The position numbers were made by a program, and so were the translations under genes. Positions 63,954 through 64,000 of a DNA stretch of 64,000 nt are shown piece after piece; within the stretch, counting starts at the first letter, position 1, and the number at the start of each line of letters is the position of its first letter. A model generated the notes under the pieces. It was not told the origin of the DNA, searched no databases, and saw only the letters and a program-made list of their open reading frames with translations. Source of the DNA: a virus; the IMG/VR virus record IMGVR_UViG_3300025860_000003, positions 1-64,000 of that record, one strand, 5' to 3'.

Positions 63954-64000
63954 TCTCAATCCCTATATTATATATTTTATATTCAAAATTCTCTTCATTA
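63943..64000 (-). CDS. 3' end of an upstream gene, probably UvsW helicase
   Basis: NEENFEYKIYNIGIENEH* resembles UvsW C-termini; only 19 codons visible. Confidence 0.45.
   Translation of the reverse strand, partial: NEENFEYKIYNIGIENEH

Overview
64 kb of a large T4-like (T4-superfamily myovirus) phage genome, probably aquatic/marine, infecting a Gram-negative host (spanins, sigma70-type promoters, no photosynthesis genes in this window). Essentially every credible gene is on the minus strand. Reading in the direction of transcription (64000 to 1): end of uvsW, gp55 late sigma, gp47/gp46, a degenerate peptide deformylase, a five-gene DNA hypermodification operon (class II glutamine amidotransferase, GNAT, aGPT-Pplase amino-acid:DNA transferase, TET/JBP dioxygenase, P-loop kinase), hsp20, cobT/cobS-like pair, gp45, dsbA, gp44, dexA, gp62, regA, MazG-like pyrophosphatase, M15 endolysin, an early-gene island of small ORFs with repeated promoter cassettes, a split gp43 DNA polymerase, uvsX, two gp40-like paralogs, gp41, a late block of putative head-packaged proteins (including a 955-aa polyprotein-like protein), spanins and a lipase, gp61 primase, thyX, nrdA, a glutaredoxin-nrdB fusion, tRNA-Thr, a GroES-like protein and several glycosyltransferases. 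Most interesting: the TET/JBP + kinase + aGPT + GATase + GNAT operon (inferred post-replicative thymine hypermodification), a CU-rich anti-Shine-Dalgarno hairpin RNA after gp41, the protease-site-punctuated cargo polyprotein with capsid-targeted enzymes, and a catalytically dead deformylase. All family calls come from motif recognition by eye; no searches were run.
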